Assembly: GCA_017524665.1 (NCBI GenBank)
Contig: JAFXVF010000015.1
Span: forward strand, 135,628 to 199,627
Origin: Clostridia bacterium
Lineage (GTDB): Bacteria; Bacillota; Clostridia; TANB77; CAG-508
Direction of reading: 5' to 3'
Length of the DNA stretch: 64,000 bases
Below are positions 41,256 through 50,082 of this stretch, piece by piece (position 1 is the first letter of the stretch; every line of letters begins with the position of its first letter). The notes under the pieces are model-generated. The model was not told the DNA's origin and ran no database searches. It saw only the letters and a list, made by a program, of their open reading frames with translations. A program made the translations under genes and the position numbers.

Positions 41256-43346
41256 ATGTTTGAGAAAGGATCGATATTTATGCTAAGTTTTTCAAAAAAA
41301 TCTGAAGTAAAAAAAGCTATTTCTAGCGAAAGAGAATTAATTAGTTCATATAAAGACTATGAACTTGGAATGAAAGAAACTGTAGAAACATATCTTTCAG
41401 AGTTTAATAATGTGTGTTTTGATAATGACACTTTTAAAACCATGCTTGTAAATAACTTTGAAAACGCGACAACACAATTAGATAATAACATTTTAGATAT
41501 CGAGTCAGTTGAAAATGTTCTAGACATTTTGGAATCACAAAAAGACATATCTACTACTGATGTTGAAACATATAATAAGCTTTTAGAAAAAACTAGAAAA
41601 GATATTGAACTTACTCAAAACTTTATGCAAAAGACTGTAAGTTGTTTTGAAAACATTAGTATGTCAGGAAAGAAAAAATCTATTGCTATATTAGAAGAAT
41701 GCAAAGGTGTAATATTAAATGAATTTCCTTTCTCTAATGTAGTACCTGAACATCAAGAAGTTAAAGAAGTTGTTGAGGAAAAACCTCAAAAGAAAATAGA
41801 GATAAAGTCAAAAACAATTAAAAAGACATTTGACTATGCTTCTTCTGACTTGTTGTGCTTCTTCCCTAAAGATAAAAACGATAACTTAGTTTTGTCAACA
41901 ATTCAGGATAATTATAAAATTTCGTTTAATGATGCAACTGCAACAATTTCAATAGAAAAAGAAAACTTTAATATTTCATTAAATACTCCAGGAGTTCAAA
42001 TTTCAAATTCTAATACAAATAATATACTTTATGTATCACATGCTGGAGGCAAATACACAATAATCACAAATAATCAAATTGAAATACCATATTTTATACA
42101 AGTTTCAAAAGTTGCAAAAAATGACGATTTTCTTGAAATTGAAATTGCTCGCGATAGCTTAACATTAGATGTCGAAGATAATATTTTAAATTTTGAAGAT
42201 AATGAACAAAAAAATAATGTATTCAAAAATATACCTATAAATGATGCAGATGAAATAGTTGAAACAGCACCAGTTAGTAAAGTAAATACTGCTGCTATTA
42301 AAGAAGATTGGTCAAAGAAAAAAATAGTTGAAGACGCTGAGCCTGTTTTATTACCTGGATTAGAGCCAGAAGCAGAAATCGAGCCAGAGCCAGAACCTGT
42401 ACCAGTAGTTAATAAAGTAGAACCTAAGGTAATACCTGTTGCTGTTCCAGAAATAGCACCAACAGCTCCTCAGACTACAGCTGCTCAAGTTGCTACTACT
42501 TCTGCTATAGAAGCCCCAGTTCAAAGTGAACCTGTTCAGCCTGTAACAATACAGCAAACAATTCCAGCACAACCTGCTGTTGCAGAACCAATTGTTCAAG
42601 CTCAAACTGCTACAGTTGCACAACCTGCTGTTACTGTTCAGCCAGCCACTGTTGCACAACCAGTTGTTGCACAGCCAGCAGTTGCTACACCTGTTATTAA
42701 TCCTCAAGTTAATGTTGTACCACAACCAGCCGTTGCACCTCAAGTTGACACTTCAACAGTAGTAGCTATACCTCAGGTTGCACCTGTTCAACAAGTTGTT
42801 ACTCCTCAGGTTAACCCAGTGCAAACAGTCGTTGCTCCTCAAACTGAAGTAGTAAATCCAGTTGTTGCACCTCAAGCAGATCAAGTACAAGAAAGCGCAA
42901 ATACTGGTAAACATTCAGCCGAAGGATATGAAAGTGAAATTGGAGACAATGATACATTAATCATTTCAGATACAAATAAAACAGTTATATTGCCTTACAA
43001 AATTGCAGATTTGGAAAAGAAATTACAAAAGAGTAAAAAATATAAAACATTAAAAGATGTTGTAGATGCAGAATATACTATTCCTATCGATACATTTAAA
43101 AATCCAGTTAAGTCAAGATTTAGAGAAGCATTCCAGTTAATAAAGAAAAAAGAGCATGGTTCTCTTAAAGAAGCTGTGGGATTAGGATTTGAATTAATGT
43201 TTCAGTCAAATTTAAATCCAGCTGTAATAGCTGCATGCAAAGATTTAGATGAACTAGACATTTATCTTGATTGCTTAGATGATAATGAGTTAGATAAATT
43301 CTCTTGTTTTAAGATTTCTTATGCAGTTCCACCATCAAAACATTAA
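41256..43346 (+). CDS. hypothetical protein with about 230-aa P/Q/V/A-rich low-complexity tract
   Basis: 696 aa, no signal peptide. The central tract carries (PQVNVVPQPAVA...)-type repeats. Terminator hairpin at 43354-43400. Confidence 0.5.
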   Translation: MFEKGSIFMLSFSKKSEVKKAISSERELISSYKDYELGMKETVETYLSEFNNVCFDNDTFKTMLVNNFENATTQLDNNILDIESVENVLDILESQKDISTTDVETYNKLLEKTRKDIELTQNFMQKTVSCFENISMSGKKKSIAILEECKGVILNEFPFSNVVPEHQEVKEVVEEKPQKKIEIKSKTIKKTFDYASSDLLCFFPKDKNDNLVLSTIQDNYKISFNDATATISIEKENFNISLNTPGVQISNSNTNNILYVSHAGGKYTIITNNQIEIPYFIQVSKVAKNDDFLEIEIARDSLTLDVEDNILNFEDNEQKNNVFKNIPINDADEIVETAPVSKVNTAAIKEDWSKKKIVEDAEPVLLPGLEPEAEIEPEPEPVPVVNKVEPKVIPVAVPEIAPTAPQTTAAQVATTSAIEAPVQSEPVQPVTIQQTIPAQPAVAEPIVQAQTATVAQPAVTVQPATVAQPVVAQPAVATPVINPQVNVVPQPAVAPQVDTSTVVAIPQVAPVQQVVTPQVNPVQTVVAPQTEVVNPVVAPQADQVQESANTGKHSAEGYESEIGDNDTLIISDTNKTVILPYKIADLEKKLQKSKKYKTLKDVVDAEYTIPIDTFKNPVKSRFREAFQLIKKKEHGSLKEAVGLGFELMFQSNLNPAVIAACKDLDELDIYLDCLDDNELDKFSCFKISYAVPPSKH

Positions 43347-43353
43347 TAAAGTT

Positions 43354-43400
43354 AAAGACTTGATAATTTATAATTATCAAGTCTTTTTTTATATTTTGAT
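43354..43400. terminator. bidirectional terminator (aagacttgataat-ttat-aattatcaagtctt + T-tract)
   Basis: 13-bp perfect stem followed by ttttttt. Confidence 0.6.
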
Positions 43401-43403
43401 TTA

Positions 43404-43980
43404 TTACACTTTATATTTTAATTTTCTTTCGTATTTTTCTCTTTTTTCTTTTCTCTCGATTTTTTTATTTATTTTTTTTCTTTGGTATGAGACACAAGCT
43501 ATCAATATAACAATTGTTATGGTAAATACTATTTTGTTTTTCAATATGCTTACTAATCCACCTATTTTAGGTATTGTCCCTATAAGCTTTCCTTCAACAT
43601 TATTAAAGCTTATTTTTTCATCATCCTCTACTCCATTGTTGTCTCCTTTAGTTGTGTACACTATTTCATTATTTTTCTTATCTATATTTGTCACTCTATG
43701 AGTTATTACTGCATTTTCAGATCTAAATGTTATAATGTCATCAATTTTTATTTCTTCAGCAGGAACTTCCTTAACAAAAACAACGTCATTTATGTTTATA
43801 ATAGGTGCCATACTTCCGAGATACTATATTAAATGTTTTTATACCAAATACATTTGGAGTTTTATATGGGTTAATCATTGTTTGCGCTATTAGAATAAAA
43901 TCATATATTATAATTGGCACAATGATTATATATAATACTCTTATCAAAATGTATTTTATTTGCTCTTTTTTCTCTCCCAC
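43404..43980 (-). pseudogene. SipW-type (archaeal/ER-type) signal peptidase I, disrupted by a +1 frameshift in the catalytic SGSM box
   Basis: The N-terminal TM segment sits in ORF 43786-43980. The catalytic domain sits in ORF 43404-43811 (ITHRV Ser/His-type His motif, second TM, basic tail). At about 43815 the sequence reads aat ata gta tct Cgg aag tat ggc acc; deleting one C restores NIVSGSMAPI. Confidence 0.65.
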
Positions 43981-44000
43981 CTTTTTCCCCTCTTGTAGCT

Positions 44001-45611
44001 TTATTGTTTTTCACGCTCTAAAATCTTATCTGATTCCATTACAAATTTAATATCTTCTAAGCCTAGTCTGCTATTTATAATATAGTTATATTCACAAATG
44101 TTGTTTGCTGTTGCAATAATATTTTCAATATTTTCCTCAGAAAAATCTCCTTTTTCTAAATTTATATTGCACAGATTGTACTTATCTTTTATTACTAGGG
44201 CAATATCTTTGTCTTCAGCAATCTTAATATTGTTTAAAACTGTAGTGTTTGAAAAATTAACAAATTGCCTAAATTCAGTTATCATAGCTGCTATTTGCTC
44301 CTGGTCCATATCTTCATACTGTTTAATTATTACTTTAACTAAAAAGCTATAAAAAACAGAAATTAAAAGTAATACATCATATATTGTTGATGCTTCATTA
44401 AGATTTTCAGCAATAATGTTATTTACTTTATTGTCTTCTAATTCTCTATAAATAGTTTTTAGTTCTAGAATCTGACTGTTAGAATCTATGTTAATTTTGT
44501 CAAGTTTCTTTTGGTTTTTGCCACTAAATAATTTTGATATTAAGCCTTTGTGCTTAGAATACTTTTCAATCTTCTTGTTGCCCTTAAATAGCTTTCCCTC
44601 TAGCTTTTGTATTTGTTTCATTTTGTCATTATATACTTTTTTATATTTTTGTTTATCATTATAAATGGCCATTACTTCATCAAATATAAATTTGAATTTT
44701 AAATAATTTTTGTATTCATTTAAACTGTATGAAAGCTTTTCAATGTTTTGATTGTATTCATCTAATATATGTTTTTCTACTTCGTCTGTAGTACAACCTA
44801 TAAGCTTTTTGTAGTATTTTTGTATATTGCTTGGTTCATAGTCTTTAGTAAATCTTTCCCCACTCTTGAATTTGTCGAGAATAAGAGATGTATCTTTATT
44901 CATCAAATCTTGTAATTTTAATTTCATAGAATCAAGCTTTTTTAAAGCTTCTTCTTTACTAAGTCCTACTTGTTTTAGTATTCTTTTGCTTTCACTTTCA
45001 AAATGGCTAGTTATTGTTTTTTCATTTTTATAATATAAGCTTCTAAAATTTAATTCAATATGAAGAATAATGTCAGAACATTTCCAATATATTTGCTCAA
45101 ATGTATCTTTAACTTTTTGAGAATTCATATCCCCTTTTTTTGTCTCTTCTAAAAATGTTTCCATATATTCTTTTGTATAAATACTATAGTTAAAATCTTT
45201 TGCTTCTAGCTCTACTCCGACTTTTTTAAATATTTCTATACAATTTAAAATACTATTATTTACAAGTTCCAAATTGTTTTTATAAAATCTTTTTAATATA
45301 TATAATGTTTCATCTAACTTCATTTTTTCAAATGGAGTTGCATTGTTGTCTACAAGTCTAATGTCCTCCATTTCTTCAATTTCTGTAGATAATTCAGGAA
45401 TTTTAGGATTTAGACTAATAGAATTAATCTTAACATTTCTTCTTTTAATTTCAGCAGACACATCATTTAAAAAGCTGGCATATTCCTGCTTTATTGCTTC
45501 CGCTTTGTCTTGATATGCTTTGACGTTTTTCTTATTGTTTTTTGGCAAAACAGATAATACTTCCTTGTCAGCATCAATTTGGCTATTTAGTTTATCGATT
45601 ATATCACTCAT
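44001..45611 (-). CDS. hypothetical coiled-coil protein (536 aa)
   Basis: K/E-rich, cytoplasmic, and sits immediately upstream of the disrupted SipW. Its start ATG overlaps the stop of the small upstream ORF (ATGA). Confidence 0.5.
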   Translation of the reverse strand: MSDIIDKLNSQIDADKEVLSVLPKNNKKNVKAYQDKAEAIKQEYASFLNDVSAEIKRRNVKINSISLNPKIPELSTEIEEMEDIRLVDNNATPFEKMKLDETLYILKRFYKNNLELVNNSILNCIEIFKKVGVELEAKDFNYSIYTKEYMETFLEETKKGDMNSQKVKDTFEQIYWKCSDIILHIELNFRSLYYKNEKTITSHFESESKRILKQVGLSKEEALKKLDSMKLKLQDLMNKDTSLILDKFKSGERFTKDYEPSNIQKYYKKLIGCTTDEVEKHILDEYNQNIEKLSYSLNEYKNYLKFKFIFDEVMAIYNDKQKYKKVYNDKMKQIQKLEGKLFKGNKKIEKYSKHKGLISKLFSGKNQKKLDKINIDSNSQILELKTIYRELEDNKVNNIIAENLNEASTIYDVLLLISVFYSFLVKVIIKQYEDMDQEQIAAMITEFRQFVNFSNTTVLNNIKIAEDKDIALVIKDKYNLCNINLEKGDFSEENIENIIATANNICEYNYIINSRLGLEDIKFVMESDKILEREKQ

Positions 45612-45739
45612 TTTACCTTTTTCTCCACTTCAACAGTCTCTATTTCATTATCTAAAAATGAAACGAAATCTTTTGTTTTATTATATAGTTCTAAAAGTTC
45701 ATCATGATTTATTTTATCTAAATCCGTACCTAAATACAT
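45608..45739 (-). CDS. small ORF (43 aa) translationally coupled to the 536-aa gene
   Basis: ATG at 45739 with GGAGAC/AAAGGAG 8 nt upstream. It encodes MYLGTDLDKINHDELLELYNKTKDFVSFLDNEIETVEVEKKVK*. Its TGA stop overlaps the ATG of the next gene (aATGAgtgat). Below the ORF-track length cutoff. Confidence 0.35.
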   Translation of the reverse strand: MYLGTDLDKINHDELLELYNKTKDFVSFLDNEIETVEVEKKVK

Positions 45740-45770
45740 ATTTAAGTCTCCTTTAATGTCTGTAATTTAA

Positions 45771-45807
45771 AAATTGAAGTGAAAGATTTTATTGCCTTAT
45801 CTTTCAC
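45771..45807 (-). terminator. terminator hairpin downstream of the 45855-46985 gene
   Basis: Stem gaagtgaaagat / atctttcacttc, T-rich on the minus strand. Confidence 0.5.
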
Positions 45808-45854
45808 TTCACTCCTTTTTTATATTATATTTATACTAAGTATATAATCTCCTG

Positions 45855-46985
45855 TTATGGTGTTGCAGCACTAGCTTGGTTCTTTGCAGGTTTGCAAAGG
45901 TTGATTTGAATATCAAATGCTCTACCAGTTGATGCTGTATCTATACAGTCTGGATCTTGTCCTTCAAGCCAGATATATACTTTTGCTTTCATTATTGAGT
46001 TTTTCTCAAGCATTAACTGAGTTTCACTTGCTGTAACATCTGTTAAATCAATATCACTACCACTAATAATTGCACCTGTTTCAATTGTATTTGGTATTGC
46101 CATGTATGGATCATCTGATGCATGTGCAGCTACTGCAACGCCAGATAAGTCAACTGATAAACCATCATCTACATCATCGCTATTAACATATTTTATATTC
46201 TTTCCATCTGCTTCTCCTGTTATTGCAAGTGTAGGGAATACTGTATTTGAGGCAGATATTCTATCATCGTTTTGTACAACTTCGCCTATGTGCTGGTTGT
46301 AGTTTGGTTCCCAGAATGCAACCTTAGGATTGTCTCCTGGTAAAAGTCCTGCAATTGTTTTAGCTCCAGATGAAGCATCTGTAGCTGTTGTAAGATTTCC
46401 TAGAGGAGCAGTGAACGTTGTTGAGTTGTCATATAAAAGAACAGCAGCTCTTACGCAGTTCTCCAAACCTGTATTTTCTTTTCCGCCTTCATCAGCATTA
46501 ATTGCTATTGATGAACCTGTTGCTAATTGTAATTTATCACCACTAGCATTTGAAGATGAATTCTTTAAGAAAATATCAAATACTATATATTTTCCACTCG
46601 CAGCTGAAGCTGGTTGAACCCCTGATAAAGTTTCTCCATTTGCACTAATTTCTCCATAATAGAAATCTAATGCACCATCTGTGATTGTTCCATCTGCAGA
46701 TACTGGCTCTAATTCTTCAGCCCAAGTATAATCATTTATTGAAGCTGTTTCATTTACATCTTCCAATGTATCTGCATCTACAGTTACACTTGAACCCCAT
46801 TTTACACCATCTATTGAAATTTGAAGTCCCTCGGCAGCTGCTACCTTAGCAGTAATACCTGTAATAGAAACTTCTCTGTTTGCAGAAAACCATGCGTATG
46901 TTGATACAATCATAAAAATTGTTGTTAAAAGCAACATCATGTAAATTGAGTTTAGTTTTCTTTTACTTTTTCTTGTTCTTCCCAT
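45855..46985 (-). CDS. TasA/camelysin-like secreted protein with SipW-cognate-class signal peptide
   Basis: N-terminus MGRTRKSKRK + hydrophobic segment + STYAWFSANRE (compare TasA GGGTWAAFND). C-terminal motif YIWLEGQDPDCID shared with the neighbouring 47002-47727 protein. Confidence 0.55.
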   Translation of the reverse strand: MGRTRKSKRKLNSIYMMLLLTTIFMIVSTYAWFSANREVSITGITAKVAAAEGLQISIDGVKWGSSVTVDADTLEDVNETASINDYTWAEELEPVSADGTITDGALDFYYGEISANGETLSGVQPASAASGKYIVFDIFLKNSSSNASGDKLQLATGSSIAINADEGGKENTGLENCVRAAVLLYDNSTTFTAPLGNLTTATDASSGAKTIAGLLPGDNPKVAFWEPNYNQHIGEVVQNDDRISASNTVFPTLAITGEADGKNIKYVNSDDVDDGLSVDLSGVAVAAHASDDPYMAIPNTIETGAIISGSDIDLTDVTASETQLMLEKNSIMKAKVYIWLEGQDPDCIDTASTGRAFDIQINLCKPAKNQASAATP

Positions 46986-47001
46986 AATTTTTTTCTCCTT
47001 T

Positions 47002-47727
47002 TTAATCTTGTTTTATATGCTCTTCGGTAATAACCATATGCATTTTCATTTCTCCACCTATAAGCGGATCAACGCAGTCTGGGTCATCACCTTCGATCCA
47101 TATTACGATAGTAAATTTATCAACATCGCCTGATTGAAAATCTTTTCTTTGCTCTAACATTATTTCTTCTTCATTTTTAAAAGCAATGGTGTCTTTTTCA
47201 GGCTGAGATGTATTACTATTAGCTTTAGCATAAACCTTTTTTTCACCGTTTAGATATACTGCAACTCTTATGGCTTCGTCAACATTTTTTACTACATCAT
47301 CAATCATAATTTTGTACCAATAATGTATTTTTTGATCAGCCATATTTTCGACATAGAAAGTATAGGCAATGTAGTTGTCATCATTATGTCCTCCTCCTAC
47401 GACTTCAGTATCAATATCATCTGGAATCCACTCTCCAGAAATATTAGTCATGTAGTCTAGAACGTCAGCTTGTAATTCTCTTCTAGTAATTTTTTCATTA
47501 ATGTTTTCGTACATTACAAGTGCACCTTTCATGTCGGATGAAGAGTCAAGCACAACTGTGAAACGTCCGGTTTCATAAGCTATACGCAAAACAAAATAAA
47601 TAACGATTAAAAAAATTAGCATTAATAAAAGTGTCTTTCGTATCTTTTTTATTTTGTCGTTAGTGTCTAACAGTCTTTTTGACTTTTTTCTTACTTTGTG
47701 TTTTTCAACTACTTCTGTTTCTTGCAT
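47002..47727 (-). CDS. membrane-anchored protein, paralogous C-terminal module (IWIEGDDPDCVD)
   Basis: 241 aa. Basic N-terminus + TM (LLLMLIFLIVIYFVLRIAY). Its C-terminus shares the IW(I/L)EG(D/Q)DPDC(V/I)D motif with 45855-46985. Confidence 0.5.
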   Translation of the reverse strand: MQETEVVEKHKVRKKSKRLLDTNDKIKKIRKTLLLMLIFLIVIYFVLRIAYETGRFTVVLDSSSDMKGALVMYENINEKITRRELQADVLDYMTNISGEWIPDDIDTEVVGGGHNDDNYIAYTFYVENMADQKIHYWYKIMIDDVVKNVDEAIRVAVYLNGEKKVYAKANSNTSQPEKDTIAFKNEEEIMLEQRKDFQSGDVDKFTIVIWIEGDDPDCVDPLIGGEMKMHMVITEEHIKQD

Positions 47728-47946
47728 TGCATTACACCAACTCTGTTCTTTGTATGCTAGGCTATATATACTTTCCAGTACATGCTATCGCTATACTTGT
47801 ATATAATATAGCATAAACAACTGCTAAGTACAATTACAAAACCATTACAGTTTTTTTACAATTCTGTAACATTTTGTTTTTTATTTGTGTTTATTTGTAT
47901 TTTATGTTATAAATTATTGTAGAGATATTGAAAGGTATTTATATAT
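47728..47946. promoter_or_regulatory. divergent promoter region with dyad-symmetric candidate operator (TTACAG-N13-CTGTAA) between 47002-47727(-) and 47947-48615(+)
   Basis: ttacagtttttttacaattctgtaa at about 47845-47869, plus a nearby tatataat -10-like element. Confidence 0.3.
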
Positions 47947-48615
47947 ATGAGAAAAAGAATTATATTTATCATTGCATGTTTTTGGATTATCATTTCTTTT
48001 TTGCTAATACGTGCAACATATTCAAAATATTTAACTTCATTTAATGCTGGAACAAATATTGATATAAGTGTTTGGAACATAGTTTTAAATGATCAAAATA
48101 TAATTAGAGATTCTGATTTTACTGAAAATTTAACATTGGAGTTTCCAGGTGACGATTATTATATAGAAGATTATATAGTTCCTGGTGCAGTTGGTTATTT
48201 TGATTTAGAAATAGATACAACTAGTGTTTCAATGCCTTTTAAGTACACTGTTACAGTTGAACCAGATGACGATAACGAAATAGATGATATAGATGTTATT
48301 GGTTATTCACTAAATGGAAATAATAATACAATTATATATTTAGACGAAACTCACACAGAAATTTCAAACACTGCATTAGCTACTGGCTCAACTTCTTCTA
48401 TCAGGGTTTATGTTCAATGGGTCGATGAAGGCACACAAGTTTTGGATGATGACGACGATACAGATCTTGCATTAAATGAAGCTGTCGCTGTTGTAGTAGT
48501 AACTGTAGATTTTGAGCAAATTTCAGCCGCAACTTCTATGAGTTCAAACACAAATACTAATAATACGACAAATACTACTAATACTAATACCAATACAACA
48601 AATACTATTCCTTAA
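47947..48615 (+). CDS. secreted protein with SipW-cognate-like signal peptide and C-terminal TN-repeat tail
   Basis: N-terminus MRKRIIFIIACFWIIISFLLIRATYSKYLTSF. C-terminal TNTNNTTNTTNTNTNTTNT low-complexity tail. Confidence 0.5.
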   Translation: MRKRIIFIIACFWIIISFLLIRATYSKYLTSFNAGTNIDISVWNIVLNDQNIIRDSDFTENLTLEFPGDDYYIEDYIVPGAVGYFDLEIDTTSVSMPFKYTVTVEPDDDNEIDDIDVIGYSLNGNNNTIIYLDETHTEISNTALATGSTSSIRVYVQWVDEGTQVLDDDDDTDLALNEAVAVVVVTVDFEQISAATSMSSNTNTNNTTNTTNTNTNTTNTIP

Positions 48616-48631
48616 TTAATTTGAGAAAAAT

Positions 48632-48717
48632 TGAGACTAAGATAAATTTGGGGACGTGTCTAAAAATTACCAATTGTGGTAATTTTTAGACACGTCCCCA
48701 AATTTATCTTAGTCTCA
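48632..48717. repeat. 41-bp perfect inverted repeat (hairpin, 4-nt loop attg) between convergent genes
   Basis: tgagactaagataaatttggggacgtgtctaaaaattacca / tggtaatttttagacacgtccccaaatttatcttagtctca. No mismatches over 41 bp. Confidence 0.8.
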
Positions 48718-48724
48718 TCTTACT

Positions 48725-49402
48725 TTAGCTTGTTGCTGGAGTTATCGGTTGATCTTGATGTTGTATAACAGTTATTCTAATGATTGCCTGAATTACAGGT
48801 TCTCCATTATTGTCTTCATAATACTCATATGCTCTTGTACCATAATCTGTATCGGTTTCATCATCACCTGTTTCATATGCCCACCCAAATCTGATTGAAA
48901 TTGAACTACTCTGTCCAGTCTGCAACGTTGCTTGAGCTGTCTGTACAGTAATTTGAAACGGAAAATCATTTTGTAATTTGCTTAGTAATTGTGCTGCTGT
49001 TTGTACTGTTGCTCCCTGTGGAGTGCTTCCCAGTTCTTGAACATATTCTGAAGAATAATATTCATCATCAAATATTCTAATATATTTTACCATGTATGTT
49101 ATGTCTGCTGGTCTTTCTCCAGAGTTTCTTATATCTACAGTTTGAACCCTGTCTTGCATTCCAGGATATGCATGAGTAATAACAAAATTAAACTCTCTTT
49201 CGACCATTTCTTCATCTACTTCAAACTCAACTCTCCACGCATCAACGTGTGCAGTTAAGTTTGTAGATACAGTAGTTGCATATAAAAACCATGCATATGT
49301 ATTAAATATAAGAGTAACTGATAGCAAAAAAAGTGTACGCAAAGTGACTCTATGTTTTCTTCGTCTCTCTTTTCGATTAAGCCTATGATGCTTCCTAGCC
49401 AC
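48725..49402 (-). CDS. TasA-like secreted protein with SipW-cognate-class signal peptide
   Basis: Highly basic N-terminus (MARKHHRLNRKERRRKHR) + TM + NTYAWFLYATTVS. Confidence 0.55.
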   Translation of the reverse strand: MARKHHRLNRKERRRKHRVTLRTLFLLSVTLIFNTYAWFLYATTVSTNLTAHVDAWRVEFEVDEEMVEREFNFVITHAYPGMQDRVQTVDIRNSGERPADITYMVKYIRIFDDEYYSSEYVQELGSTPQGATVQTAAQLLSKLQNDFPFQITVQTAQATLQTGQSSSISIRFGWAYETGDDETDTDYGTRAYEYYEDNNGEPVIQAIIRITVIQHQDQPITPATS

Positions 49403-49419
49403 TTTTTACACCTCCTTTT

Positions 49420-50082
49420 TTACTCTTGTTTCTTTCTTCTTTTTTCTCTTCTCTCTCTTCTTTTATTTCTTTTTGCTTTTCTTTTTTCTTTTTCCTTTTC
49501 AAGCTTTTTTTGTTTTTTATCAGTTATTTCCCCTGTTTTTTCATCTTCAGAATCTTCTTTTTTATCTTTTTTATAATTTATAAATTCAAAAAATATCATA
49601 ATTGCCATTGGCACAACAATTACAAAATACATTCCATACAAGTTGCCTATAATTCCATTAATAAATGAAATTGACTTTATTTTATATATAACCTTACCAT
49701 ATACTTGGGTCTCATTTATTGCTGGGTCTGCTTTGTCATTTGCTATACCTTTTGTTACAATTTTATAGCTTCCGTCTTTGTTTTTGCTTATTTTTTCTAT
49801 CCTGTGCGTAACTATCCTATCTTTAAAAGAATCTTTTTCACCTAAATATGTAATGTCATCTCCCTGTTGTAATTCCTCTGGTTCTACGGATTTTATAAGA
49901 AGTGCATCACCTACTAAATATTTAGGCTTCATACTTTCTGTAGCAACAGTAAAAATTCTTATACCTGCAATAGCCATTTTATTGTCCGAAAGTCTTTGAG
50001 TTAATACAACCGCAAGCAATGCTACTAGTACAATAGTAAGTAAAAATCTAATTACCGCATAGATTGTCCTCAAAATTTTCAT
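49420..50082 (-). CDS. signal peptidase I, SipW-type (archaeal/ER-type, Ser/His)
   Basis: N-terminal TM, then ATESMKPKY (SM-box). The VTHRIEKI (catalytic His), KGIANDKAD box, second TM and KEKEKRKAKRNKRRERR tail follow. Its start overlaps the upstream gene stop by 4 nt. Confidence 0.75.
   Translation of the reverse strand: MKILRTIYAVIRFLLTIVLVALLAVVLTQRLSDNKMAIAGIRIFTVATESMKPKYLVGDALLIKSVEPEELQQGDDITYLGEKDSFKDRIVTHRIEKISKNKDGSYKIVTKGIANDKADPAINETQVYGKVIYKIKSISFINGIIGNLYGMYFVIVVPMAIMIFFEFINYKKDKKEDSEDEKTGEITDKKQKKLEKEKEKRKAKRNKRRERREKRRKKQE

Noticed and set aside
42360-42762. W/C/N-rich minus-strand ORF and Q/L-rich plus-strand ORF within 41256-43346
   Set aside because: They are artefacts of the low-complexity PQVxV repeat tract read in alternative frames/strands.
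49352-49668. Plus-strand F/S/L-rich ORFs overlapping the SipW basic tail
   Set aside because: They are antisense to the KEKEKRKAKR-coding region of the 49420-50082 peptidase. No RBS; composition artefact.
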